Of a stretch of DNA of 64,000 nt, positions 13,401 through 23,700 are shown piece after piece (the first letter of the stretch is position 1; each line of letters opens with the position of its first letter). The DNA lies in NCBI RefSeq assembly GCF_016432865.1, contig NC_067399.1:515158001-515222000 (forward strand). The letters are read 5' to 3'. The position numbers and the translations under genes are program-made. A model generated the notes under the pieces. It did not search any database. It had not been told where the DNA came from and saw only the letters and a program-made list of their open reading frames with translations. The DNA is from Antechinus flavipes (Eukaryota).

Positions 13401-16400
13401 AAACCCTGTCTGTGACCATCTTTCCTCTCACTTACACTATACCTTCTATATAATTTCCTTTGGCCCACTAAGACCTTCCTGTTGTTCTTCCTACCTGCAC
13501 AGCAAACTGCTTGGGTGTTTCCACCTCCAGCCCTCCTTCTAGCTCTTCCTCTTCAATATCTTGGTCTTCAGGATCCAGTTGCCCTGGATGGGGCTCAGCA
13601 GTCATGATGGGGAAGAGAGTCCGCAATATTGTGCTCAAGAGTCGGTGCTTCAATACAGCCTATGAGCATTTGAGGTAAGGTGACAGATATTAGCAGGGGT
13701 CCTCAAACTTTTTAAATAGGGGGACAGCTTATTGTCCCTCAGACTGTTGGAGGGTCAGACTATAGTAAAAAGAAAGCTTTGTTTTGTGGGCCTTTAAATA
13801 AACTTCATAGCCTTGGGTGAGGGGGATAAACATCCTCAGCTGCCGCATCTAGCCCTTGGCTCATAGTTTGAGGACCCCTGTATTAGAGGATTCTATTACA
13901 TAACTGTCTTTTCATTCCTATTGTTCCTTCCTTTCAGCCCTATAATCCCAAGTTGACAAGTTTAGAAGAAAACTAGGGAACTTTGTGATCTGGGGAAAAC
14001 AACCCTGGCTTGTAAGAATAAGAACACCTAAGCAGCTTGGCAATTGGGACTGACCTCTCCACTAGGCTACTTGCTATATACATAATCTCTTGCATTTAAG
14101 ACCCAAAAAGTAGGCAAGAAAGCCCAATAGAAAGGAATGCCCAATAGAAAGATAGGGATGGCCCAGAAAATGTATGGGGCAATGTAGATTAACAGGTGGA
14201 ATAGCAGTTACCCACCCTGCTCTTAAGTTTGACCAGGAAAGAGACACAGCAGAGAACCCGTACTCGAACTGCATCCCCAAGTGTGACAGTTTTAGCCACC
14301 TATATGGAAAACAAATGTGATTCAGAGATGGAGAAATGTCTTGCCAGGAAACCCAACATGGAGACTCTGCAAATTTTCCTTACCTCCAGACAGAAAGTGA
14401 GAACTTCAGAGAGGTAAGGGGTGATGATTGGTAACTCAGATTCTAGCAACTCGTCAAGAGCTTCCAGTGCCTCACAGGCCTTTGTCTAACAAAAAAAGAC
14501 AAACAGATAAGCCTTTGTGTAGATAGTTCAGGGGTCTGAACTACACGTTCCTCTTCCTTTCCCAGCAGGGATATTAGCAGGGATTCTTACCTCATCTACT
14601 TGGATTAATGCTTGAAGAGCCAGAATGACCTTGGGCACCAGAGTTCTGGCATGAGGCTACAAGAGGAAAGAAAAGAGAATAAGTAGAAACAAAGTCTTAT
14701 AGTATAGAAACATGGTAGCTAACATGTTTGAGCTCCACAGACACAGAGTGTTCCCTTGGATGTGCCTAGACTCTCTCCCATTGAGCTCCTTGAGGACAAG
14801 AACTGTTTTTCCCCTCCTTTTGGTATCCCCAGCATTTAGCATAGTGGCTCAGTAGAAGGTTTGATAAATGTTTATTGACTAACATGTCTAAGGATAGAGA
14901 AACAGGGCATAGAAACAGAATGAAAAGAAAATGGAATTTGAATATTCAAAGTCCTGCAAGAATAAAGGTGAAAGAAGATGATCTCACTTCCTTAATTTCA
15001 CCAAAAAAAGTAGATTCTAGAAAACTTAATGAGTAAGATGTATTTACATCTTTTCACATGAAGGGCAAAGAGGTTTCTTACCAAAGCACTGGGGCCCAGG
15101 TAGGGTGCTAAGGTGGTCAGAGTACGCAGGGAGTAATAGAGCAGTCCAGGTGAGGCTGATTCCCCCAGAGTCTCATTCAGAAGACTAAGGAGCTCTCGAT
15201 GGTGTGGACGGAATGCTTCAGGCCGTGAGGTTACAACTACACTCAGGAGAAGTAGTCCCATCTGCCCAGAGGGAAGGAAGGTAGAAGAAAAATTACTTTA
15301 TACACTTAGCCCTTTCCCAAATTTCCCAAATCTTGACTGGTCCCAATCCTCTGACACCCTCAGCCCTCCCTGGCTCTACAAACCATACCTCCCTTTCAGG
15401 GATGTGGGAGCTTCGAGTGCTTTGCTGCAGCAGCTGCATTAACTGAGGCCAGGCATCCAGGCCTTCGTTCCTCAGAATGGTTGCTGACAACTGGGCCAGG
15501 CTAAGGCTCACACTGTGTCTATGGGTTAAAGAGAAACCATGTGTGTCACTCTCATTCCCCCCTGCCCCCCTCCCAAAAAAAAAAAAAAAGCTCAGTAGCT
15601 TGGAAGAAAATAAATATTTAAAAGGCCACTGGTACAGATGCATTATAGGAGATGTTTAGCATTTTATAACACTATCTCATTCACTTTTTCTAAGCAAACC
15701 TCATGACCAAGCTACTTTGTTTTTTTCTACTAAATATAACATTTACCTGAATGCGAACCACTATATAGCATTTCCTATCCCTGTTTTTGTCCACCTGCAT
15801 TTTTGATTTCCCTCACAGGTTAATGTTACACTACTTCAAAGTTCAATTCTTCTTGTACAGCAAAATAACAGTATGGACACGTATACATATTTTGTATTTA
15901 ACATATACTTTAACATATTTAACATGTATTGGTCTACCTGCCATCTGGGGGAGGGGGTGGGGGGAAAGAGGAGAAAAGTTGGAACAAAAGGTTTTGCAAC
16001 TGTCAATGCTGAAAAATTACCCATGCGTATATCTTATAAAAAAGCTATAATAAAGCATATATACATAAACATTTACTATCTTTCCTTTTAGGGGATTCGG
16101 CATGTCTCCTGCCCCAAGGAATCAAGAACCTGAGCCGAGAGAAGAAGCTTAAGATCTTGGAAATAAGAAACTCCATAGTTATCAGACAAAGGACGCTCAA
16201 GCAGTATCTGAGAAACAGATCCATACTCACTCTGTCTCATTCTGCAGAGCGCTCAGCACCAGGGATTTCAGACTAAAGGACAAGAGGGTAAAAAGCATTT
16301 AGGATGCCCCAGGGCAGGCTGCCCACTGGTGCCCCTCCCTACCGCTCCTCGGTCCCCAGCCAGAGTCCTCACCTCTCCCGATGCGTTGCTACCAGCCGCC

Positions 16401-17347
16401 TCCACCGTGTGTTAAGCCGCCTCCGGATCAGCAGCGCTGAAAACTGCCTGATCTGGGGTGTCAAAGGAGGGGGTAAGGGTGAGAGCAAGGAAAGATGACC
16501 GGCACGTGGAGCAGGAGGGGCCCCCAGATGCCATTCAAGGGGGGTTACTATTTTAGGGGTTAGGACTGAAGCGAGGGTTACCCTCCGGGACAAATAGTAG
16601 GGGACCCAAGAGCGGGGATCAAGGCAGCTTAAGAACTGGAGCTAAGCAGCCTCCAGCATCACCCACTACGGACTCTGCGGGTGGGAGAAGCTGCTGTCTT
16701 CACGATAAGTGACCAAGCGCCCCAAAGGTCGGCAAGAGGCAGAAGGTATGAGAATTTACCGGAGCCCTCAGGAGTTGTGGGGGGAAATCACTGAATAAAA
16801 GGGAGAGTGAGATATCCAAGTGAGGAGTTAAGTGAAAGCTAAGAAATGAGGAGTGAAGAGAATCTAAGAGATCAAAGAAAACCAAGGTATGGGATCAAGA
16901 AACCCCCGATTTGAAGGTGTAAGACAGAGGAAACAGCGAGCCTCGAAGGTCAGAGGTCAAAGGGGACTCGGAGGGAGGTCTGGATCAGAGATCGGGCGGT
17001 ATGGGGGAAGGGGAATGCTTTTAACAAATTCAGGGAGTTTCGGCACCGATCGGGGAGTGTGGGGGGGGGGCGGGGAGGAGGGAGGGGAGGGCTTCTCACC
17101 TGCGGATCGGGAGCGTGGGCCATCAGCTCGCACAAGGCGGGCACCGCGCCGGGGTTTTGGAGAGCGGCCCGGAGCTGTTCCGTGGCCTGGGGAGAAGCGG
17201 GAGGACACGGCGGGTCTCAGGCCCCGGGAGTCCCTTTTCCCTCGGGTCCCGCCCTGCCCTGGGGGCCCCATCCCGTACCCGGCGGATTCGCTCCGTGTCC
17301 GGCAGAAGCAATTCCCGCAGGATCCGATCCAGCTCCCCGGGATCCAT
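1471..17347 (-). CDS. IPO4: Importin-4, 30 coding exons, 1082 aa
   Basis: Exons 5'->3': 17279-17347, 17100-17186, 16373-16452, 16231-16272, 15389-15518, 15082-15261, 14591-14656, 14384-14485, 14216-14299, 13495-13659, 13242-13295, 12764-12873, 12445-12553, 12101-12230, 11592-11705, 11330-11443, 10897-11017, 10558-10669, 10331-10452, 4573-4650, 4436-4493, 4231-4336, 3933-4126, 3760-3807, 3089-3214, 2729-2937, 2154-2286, 1923-2027, 1720-1789, 1471-1601. Total 3249 nt, open. Starts MDPGELDRILRELLLPDTERIRR (Kozak gctgccATGg). HEAT-repeat motifs and acidic loop present. Ends KAQELQAALSPT*. Confidence 0.97.
2287..2728 (-). other. U12-type (minor spliceosome) GT-AG intron 26 of IPO4
   Basis: 5' site GTATCCTCA (2728-2720). 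Branch sequence TTCCTTGAC (2305-2297) lies about 10 nt from the AG at 2288-2287, with no long polypyrimidine tract. Confidence 0.85.
2370..2520 (+). mobile_element. MIR/CORE-family SINE inside the U12 intron
   Basis: tRNA-like head (gagcaccggactaggaatcagaag) and CORE motif agtttcggtttcctcatctgtaaaatgagggg. Confidence 0.75.
6100..7420 (+). mobile_element. Decayed L1 LINE, ORF1 C-terminal region and inter-ORF spacer
   Basis: A-rich strand. Remnant peptides resemble L1 ORF1p (RIMNPAKLNII, compare RITYPAKLSI; atcacataatatctggcagct, compare ITQDLAA). Many stops and frameshifts. Confidence 0.7.
8940..10010 (+). mobile_element. L2 LINE 3' portion, degraded
   Basis: Typical L2 tracts (ctcaaactcaacac, tctgaccacatcacctcc, taagctccttgagggcagggac, cagtgcctaacatag) ending aataaatgctgattgaattg. 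Confidence 0.7.
13694..13880. mobile_element. Non-autonomous hAT (Charlie-type) MITE, OC1/OposCharlie1-like, 187 bp
   Basis: Perfect 16-bp TIRs CAGGGGTCCTCAAACT (13694-13709) and AGTTTGAGGACCCCTG (13865-13880). Flanks share TATTAG, a partial TSD. Family name from memory. Confidence 0.85.
14730..14885 (+). mobile_element. L2 3' tail fragment
   Basis: gagctccttgaggacaagaactgt...cccagcatttagcatagt...ataaatgtttattgact. Confidence 0.6.
15765..16055 (+). mobile_element. 5'-truncated marsupial L1 3' UTR, antisense in IPO4 intron 4
   Basis: ttaacatatttaacatgtattggtctacctgccatctgggggaggggg...gaacaaaaggttttgcaactgtcaatgctgaaaaattaccc, ending in an A-rich tail. Confidence 0.85.
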
Positions 17348-18500
17348 GGCAGCAGAGGTAGCGGCTGCTTGCGGGGACCAGAGGAAGGGGGAGGGGCTGC
17401 ACGTGGAGACACTGACACCCGCTTCCAGCGGAAGCGGCGCACGCACTCCCTGCCCCGGCGTTGTCAGAGACTACCCACCCTACTTCCGGCAAAAGGATCG
17501 AGCTGTTCGCCCCCCAGCGAGCGGCGGGAGCACTGCGCACTGCTTTGGAAAACAGCGAGCAAGGGCGGCTGAGGGAGGACGACAGTGGTCGAGGACCAGA
17601 CCAATTTAAGGCCACGGATCTCTCTCCGCAGCACCCCCACTGGCTCAGAGCCTGCAGCCACTTCCTTGGTCTCCTCCCTCCACCCTGTCCTGCCCCGCTC
17701 CGCCTTCTGAGGCAGCGTTGTGGTTTCTTAACAAACTTTATTGTGACAGTTGTAAAAAGAAAATCATTGGAACCAAAACGAAAAGCAAATTAAAAATTCT
17801 AATATATAAGTCCTTCTATATATAGATATTTATAGATATTTATAGACTTGAAGGGCCTCTCCCCGGGGGGAGGAGGCCGGCTCAAAGAGCACATTGCAGT
17901 GGGAGGAGGGCTGGAGCCAAGCCACTTGGCACGACCCCCCCTCACTCCTCCACTTGCTGTCCCTTCCTTCTTCCCCGGGGGCTGGCTCCGGGAAAGGGCA
18001 GCAAGCTGTCCCAGCAGCAGAGGGGCCCGGGTCTGGGCTTCGCTTGGAACTCAGTCCATCTTGAGGTTGACATAGATGTAGCGGATGAACTTGAGGGAAG
18101 AGAAGAAGGAGATGGTGCCCAGCATGAGGAAGAAGACGTAGGCAGTAAGGAAGGAGTAGCCAAAGAACTCCACGGTCTGCACGGGACCCGACATGTTGGA
18201 GCGCCGCGCATAGTAGAAGACGGAGTAGAAGAAGATGAAGAGACCCGTGGAGCCCACGCTGAGTACGGAGCGCCACCACCAGCGATAGTCCTCCCCTGAG
18301 AGCTGGAAGTAGGTGAGTGCGATGGAGATGCAGGCGCCCACGCTCAATAGGATGGCGAAGACGAAGAAGAGGATGCCGTAGAGCGTGTATTGCTCCCGGC
18401 CCCACACAGTGGCGAAGATGTAGTAGAGCTCCACCGAGATGGCACTGCCAGGAGAAGCCGAGGGTCAGAGCATGCAGCTGCCCGAGGGCTTCTCCCACTC
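16300..18500. promoter_or_regulatory. CpG island: IPO4 promoter and first exons, extending into the last exon of TM9SF1
   Basis: High GC and CpG density. ETS cores gcggaagc (about 17428) and acttccgg (about 17482); NRF1-like gcgcacgcac (about 17437). Confidence 0.8.
17737..17742 (-). terminator. Poly(A) signal AATAAA of TM9SF1
   Basis: TTTATT on +, about 310 nt past the TM9SF1 stop. Confidence 0.75.
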
Positions 18501-21500
18501 CCAACCCGGGTCATTTCAGGAGGCCAATCTAGACTGCCCCCTTTTTGATACCCCATGAAACACCTCCTCATGGGCCTATTGGTCCCCCCTTTGATCTATA
18601 AATTATGATAGACTTTAGTAACTACAGGAGAAAATAAAAAAAGAAATTATTAGTTCCTTATGATGACAGAAGTAATGTAACAGATGCACAATAAATTTCT
18701 AGAAAACTTTTTTAAAAATTGGAAATATTTTCTGTAGGATAGGACCAGACCAGCAATTTTATGATTATCTCTGAGGCTGAGCTAAGTTGTAGGGAATCAG
18801 GGGTCTAGAGGGTGGGAAGTGTAAATACCTGAAGGGCAAGAAGCCACCAATGGTCATGTGGACAACAGTAGACTTGTACCAGGGCTGGGCCGGGATCTCC
18901 CGGGCTATATTCTTGGTCCGGCAAGGGGCATCAAAAGGAGTGGCATTGTTCTTACCAAAGATGCCACCTATGACAGTGAGAGGGAAGCCCACCAGAAGCC
19001 AGACTGTTAGCAGCAGCAGGATGGTAGTGGCTGGAAGCGCTTGTGTCGATCCATTGGCCCAATGCACAGAATTCACCACACTCCAAGTCAGGAAGAAAGG
19101 CACTGCAGGGATGGGGCCCCCAGGAGGGTAGAGTCAGCATTGGAAGTCACATTCTTGGGGAGACCCACTTAGACTGGACCTGAAGGGGGAAGAGGGGGAA
19201 CTAACCTGCCATTCTAGCCCTAGATTTCTATATAAATCTAGTCCTACCCCCACCCACTCAATTTTCCAATTATCCTTACTCTTGGTCTTGTGTCCAACTC
19301 AATAGGAGTCTCAATAATAGGGCTAAGTCTATCTATATGGGATGATTTAAGAGATGTGAGTAGAACTCATTGTTCCTGAATTCTTCTCACTTTCCACAAA
19401 GTCTGCTATCATATCCATAATTGAAAGTATTTGAATTAAGGCATTGTTCAAAACAAATAGTAACTAAGAGAGATGGTTACCCTCTATCACCTGTTATTAA
19501 AAATAATGAGCTGGTATCTATATAATGCTTTGAGGTTTGCAAAATCTTTTATGTTATCTAGTTTGATCTTTACAACTTGGTGAAAAAGATGCTATTATCA
19601 TCTCCATTTTATAGATGAGGAATTGAAACTGAGGGATGTTAAGTAATTTGTTCAGATCACAGGGCTAGTGGGACAAGATTTGAGATCACTCAGATTTTCC
19701 TGACTCCAAGTCTAAGACTATCCAGTATAACATCACAATTATACTATCAAAAATGAGGCCTTACCTAAGAAATGGGATATGGCACTAATACATTTTGATT
19801 ATTAGACTCTTAGATATACAAAATCATTAAGAATTCTGAGGGCAGGGACCTTTTGTTTTACCACTGTATAGCTCCAAATCTATGCTCCTATAATCATCTC
19901 AATGCTGAGGAGATCACTAAGAAAATTAAGTTTGCAATGCATTTTTGTTGAACTAGAGACTAGAAAAGTTCAGAATTAGACTACTCCCCTGGAAGGGCAG
20001 GCCTGGCTGGGGTATTGTAGTGAAGGTCCAGTAGCTATCATATAACAGATATGTAAGCATTCTCCTACAGGGGAGAACACTGTAAAAACAAACAAACAAA
20101 CCAAAAAACCCTTTTATACAAATTTGCCTCAGGCCAACCCTCCTCTAAAGCCCATTTTGGCCCAACCCAGGGTGAGTGAAGTTCTCACCAGAGAAGAGGC
20201 TGGTGGTGAGAATGATGTTCCAGACCCAGCGCTCGCCTCCAATCTGCCGGTAGAAGTGGCTGGACACATAGCCAGAAATGCAACAGGTCAGGGCGTACAG
20301 CAAGATGGCTGCTGAGTTGATGGCGCCATGCCGGTGCACATTGAACATGCCCAGCAGGGCCATGACGATGATGCCTACAGAGTAATAGTGTGAAGCCTGT
20401 ATTAGATTTTCCCTATCCAAATCAGCCTTTCCCCTCATTCAAACAGGAACTCCAAAGGAAGAATTTGTTCCCTCTTATCCCCTCTAAATGAAACTACCAA
20501 TTTTTGTATTAAATCTGTAAATCCAGGGGTGGAACATGCTTTGTAGCTCTCCTATTTTTCAGGGATACTTTCCAACAAGAGAGTACCATAATTTGAGTTG
20601 CCGAGGCCAAGCCACCTCCCCCTTCACCTTATGAATAGAGCCAAGAGCCCTAGATTGCCTCACTTTCTAGGTCTTTCTTAGCTGGATCAATAGTCCCATT
20701 CCCTAGGGAGATATCTTTAGTTGGTCCTGTTCCCCTCACCAGTGCCAAGGGCCAGGAACTGGGCACCCACACCAAGCACAGCACAGAGCAGACCACGACA
20801 TGGGGGAAAGCGGAAAACATCAGTATGGATAATCTTCCAGCCATTGTCACCCTGGTCAAAGTCATCGGTGGAACTACCAGAGTTTGGCTCCTCATCCAAA
20901 TTGTAGCGGGCTAAGTCATTGCGAAGGACCCGCATGAGGATGACGGCTACAAATCCCACCAGTAGAAACACCAGCACCATAGAGTTGATAATAGACAGCC
21001 AATGGATCTCCAGTGTTCGAGGGAAGAATCCACCATCATCCCCATGGTGCCTATCTCCCCGACGTTCTGCTGAAGTCTCAGACCAGTGCACACTGTAAGT
21101 GTGAGTGAGGTCCAGAGGCTCTTCAGGCCGTACCACATCCAAGCTATGAGGCTTGACATCACGAACTGAGACATTGGCAAAAACAATTCGATCCCCATGG
21201 AATTCAAGGTGAAAATCCAAGTGAGTCCAGAGTCCTATCTTGTGACTATGTGGAAGGAAACCACTCTCTTCCATGTAGCCCACAAAGCCACGAATTGGCA
21301 GGTCATCCACTACAAATTCAAAGTAGTATAATTCCTCAATGGCCTGGCGCAGCCGTTCAACCTATGAAAGATAGATAGGATTGGACAAGATCCTCTCAGG
21401 ACCAGGGTGGCAGAGGAAGAACTTCATTATATGATAATCAGTCCATTCTCCTGAGGATCCTCCAGAAGGGTGAAAATGACATTATGGTACTATATAAAAA

Positions 21501-22547
21501 AAAGGTGAGACCATGTTTCCTTATGGTCTGAATTCTGCCTTAAAACAGGATTTGCTAGAGGAAATATGGAAGAGGGTAGATATGAAGAAAAGGAACTGAC
21601 AGCAGGGCAGCACAATGGATAAAATGATAAATCTGGAGTCAGAAGGAACTGAATCCAAATCTAGTTCAAATCACACTTACTAGCTGTGAGACCCTAGACA
21701 AATCCACAAGACTCCTGTTAGCTTCAGTTTTCCTTGATGCAAGGATAAAATGAGATAATTATAAAGCTCTTTGTGCTTCTGTAAGTGGTATGTACATGCT
21801 AGCTATTACTATTGCAAGAAATTTGTTGGATAAAACAATCTATTTGAGAATGAAAGATAAAATATTGCAAAAATAAAAAATAAAACTAGAATAAAAATTC
21901 CTACCCTCACTACTTTACAGCAAAGCTTCTAAACTGGGTTGCAATTCCACATGGGGTCACTTAACTGAATACATTATCATCAATATGTTGTCATCAGTAA
22001 ATATTTGATTTGTATACCTATTTTACATATATACCTGAGGTTGTATAAAAATCTCTGTGGAAAAGGGGGTTGCAAGTGGAAAAAAGTTTAAAAAGCCCTG
22101 CCATATAGGATGATTATGAGGAAAAACACTTTTAAAATAAGAACATGCTATGAAAGTGTAAGGTATGATTTTAATAGGGGAAGAGGTAACCATAGACATG
22201 CTGACCTGGGCAAAAGTTAATCGCATCTGGCAGAGAGTCCGTTTCTCAACATTCTCTCTGAAGCGGATCTGATACATGGACTCGGCCATTCGGTCACCAT
22301 CCAACACTTCGCCCAGGCTGAGGCTCTTGTGTCGGATCTTTTCAGGGGAGCAAACAGGCAGCTGGTAGTAGTGGTAGGTCTCCTGCGGATTGTGGTAAGG
22401 CCCCACCTTGTTGACATATAACATGACTGGGTCTCCAGGCTGATAGTGGGTCTCACTGGTCACCCCAGGAACGTGGCCAGAGCCCAAGACCAGCAGCACT
22501 GGCAGCCACAAGCAGGGCCCGCCTTGAGAGGCCTCCAGAGCTGTCAT
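18051..22547 (-). CDS. TM9SF1: Transmembrane 9 superfamily member 1, 605 aa
   Basis: Coding exons 22206-22547, 20740-21361, 20189-20374, 18829-19102, 18051-18444 = 1818 nt, open. Signal peptide, then [48 protein letters not shown], and C-terminal [13 protein letters not shown] (KxD motif). Confidence 0.97.
19500..19720 (-). mobile_element. MIR/MAR1-type SINE
   Basis: ctccatttttatagatgaggaattgaaactgaggg...taagtaatttgttcagatcacagggctag. Confidence 0.7.
21600..21815 (+). mobile_element. MIR SINE
   Basis: gggcagcacaatggataaaatg...ctggagtcagaagg...cttactagctgtgagacc...cttcagttttcct. Confidence 0.7.
21918..22100. mobile_element. Degenerate hAT/Charlie-type MITE
   Basis: Right end aaaaagtttaaaaagccctg is the inverse of a degraded left end cagcaaagcttctaaact. 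No recognisable TSD. Confidence 0.5.
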
Positions 22548-22899
22548 CCTGAAGGCAGCCTGACCTGGCAGAAAAGTCAGTGTCACACAAATCCAGCCCG
22601 ACCCTCTCTCCCCGCCATACCTCAGAGCTCAGGCTGTGTCTTGGGCATATAAAGTGAGGATGGACGAGGCTCCTGTCCAAAGCCTCCAGCTTTAAGCTCC
22701 AGAGCCATCATTCACTACGTAGGTGAGCTTGGGCACATTACTGCCCCCTCCCCAGCCTCAGTTTCCTCATTTGTAAATTGAGGATGGGCTAGATGACCTA
22801 TGTCTCCTTCCAGCTCCAGTTTAGGGTTCTAAGTAGTCAGACCTCTCTGTCCTGCCCTGAAAGGCCCCGAGCCCAGCTTGTGAGAACGCCCTCCTTCCT

Positions 22900-23700
22900 C
22901 CCCATTCATAAGCAGGCCCAGCTCGAGGCCAGAGCAGCCGAGTGTACTACCCCGGACCCTCCCCCGACCGCCCAGGGGCAGCCTCCGCGCCCAGCGCCCC
23001 CGCCCCGCCCCCGCTCCGTTTCTATGGAAACTTGACAGGCTCTAAATCCTTCCTCCTCCCGAGCCCTGGGTCCTCACTTAAGGCAGGAGGGGTGACCGAG
23101 GCGGCGCCGGCGGCGGCCTCTGTGGGCCCCTTTACTGCCCACGGGCTCTTGGTTGGGGTCTTTCCCAGAGCAGCGGCGGCGGCGCTGGAGAGGTCCTGAC
23201 GTCCAATGGACCGCCCGAGTTAGGGCTGGCCCAGTACTTGCCTGTTTCTAGCAGCTACCCTGGCTGCAGCTTTAAACCCGATCCATCATCCTTCTCTCCT
23301 ACCTTGGTCCCTTCCGCGGCAACGCCTTTCAGCGGGACTGTCTCGTGGCCAAGCCGGCCTGTTTCTGACTGCGGAGCGGGGGTCGGGAGGGGTAAGAGAG
23401 GGGGAGTTCTTTCGGCAAGCTGCCTGGGCAGCCCAGGACACGTCAAGATTCCAGGCTTCCGCCCACAGAGGGCGGGGACTTCACACGCCGCCACAGCCGC
23501 TCGGAGCTTCTGGAGCCCAGGAGAAGTCACACCCCCTAGCTGGACTTAAAAGACCGGCGCCCTTGCCTGCGCTAGGATTTGTGGAAGGGACTCTAAACGC
23601 CCCCCAGACCAACCCCTCTAATCCTGGCATTTCTGGAGTGCTTGTCGCGGGGTTCTGGTCCGAAGCATGGATGATAATGGTCGGGCAGGGGAAGGTGTGA
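22900..23700. promoter_or_regulatory. CpG-island promoter of TM9SF1
   Basis: GC boxes (ccgccccgccccc), CCAAT (gtccaatgg) and high CpG density. Confidence 0.75.
23078..23200 (-). other. TM9SF1: Probable non-coding first exon of TM9SF1
   Basis: Donor TAA|GTGAGG at 23077, inside the CpG island. Matching acceptor at 22565-22566, 17 nt before the ATG. TSS approximate. Confidence 0.55.

Noticed and set aside
14122-14151. 13-bp direct repeat gcccaatagaaag with 17-bp period
   Set aside because: Only two copies, consistent with ordinary slippage; not an array or CRISPR
17348-17446. In-frame GTG-initiated 33-aa extension of IPO4
   Set aside because: The GTG sits among the ETS/NRF1 promoter motifs, probably at or upstream of the TSS, and the ATG has an optimal Kozak context
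16889-17793. Several 100-227 aa ORFs on both strands around IPO4 exons 1-2
   Set aside because: They lie in a CpG island where stops are rare, are rich in Gly/Arg/Pro, and show no recognisable domain
17830-18504. 224-aa alternative-frame ORF over the last TM9SF1 exon
   Set aside because: It starts at TTG in an intron. Its first codon position is the third position of GC3-rich TM9SF1 codons, so the lack of T there explains the lack of stops.
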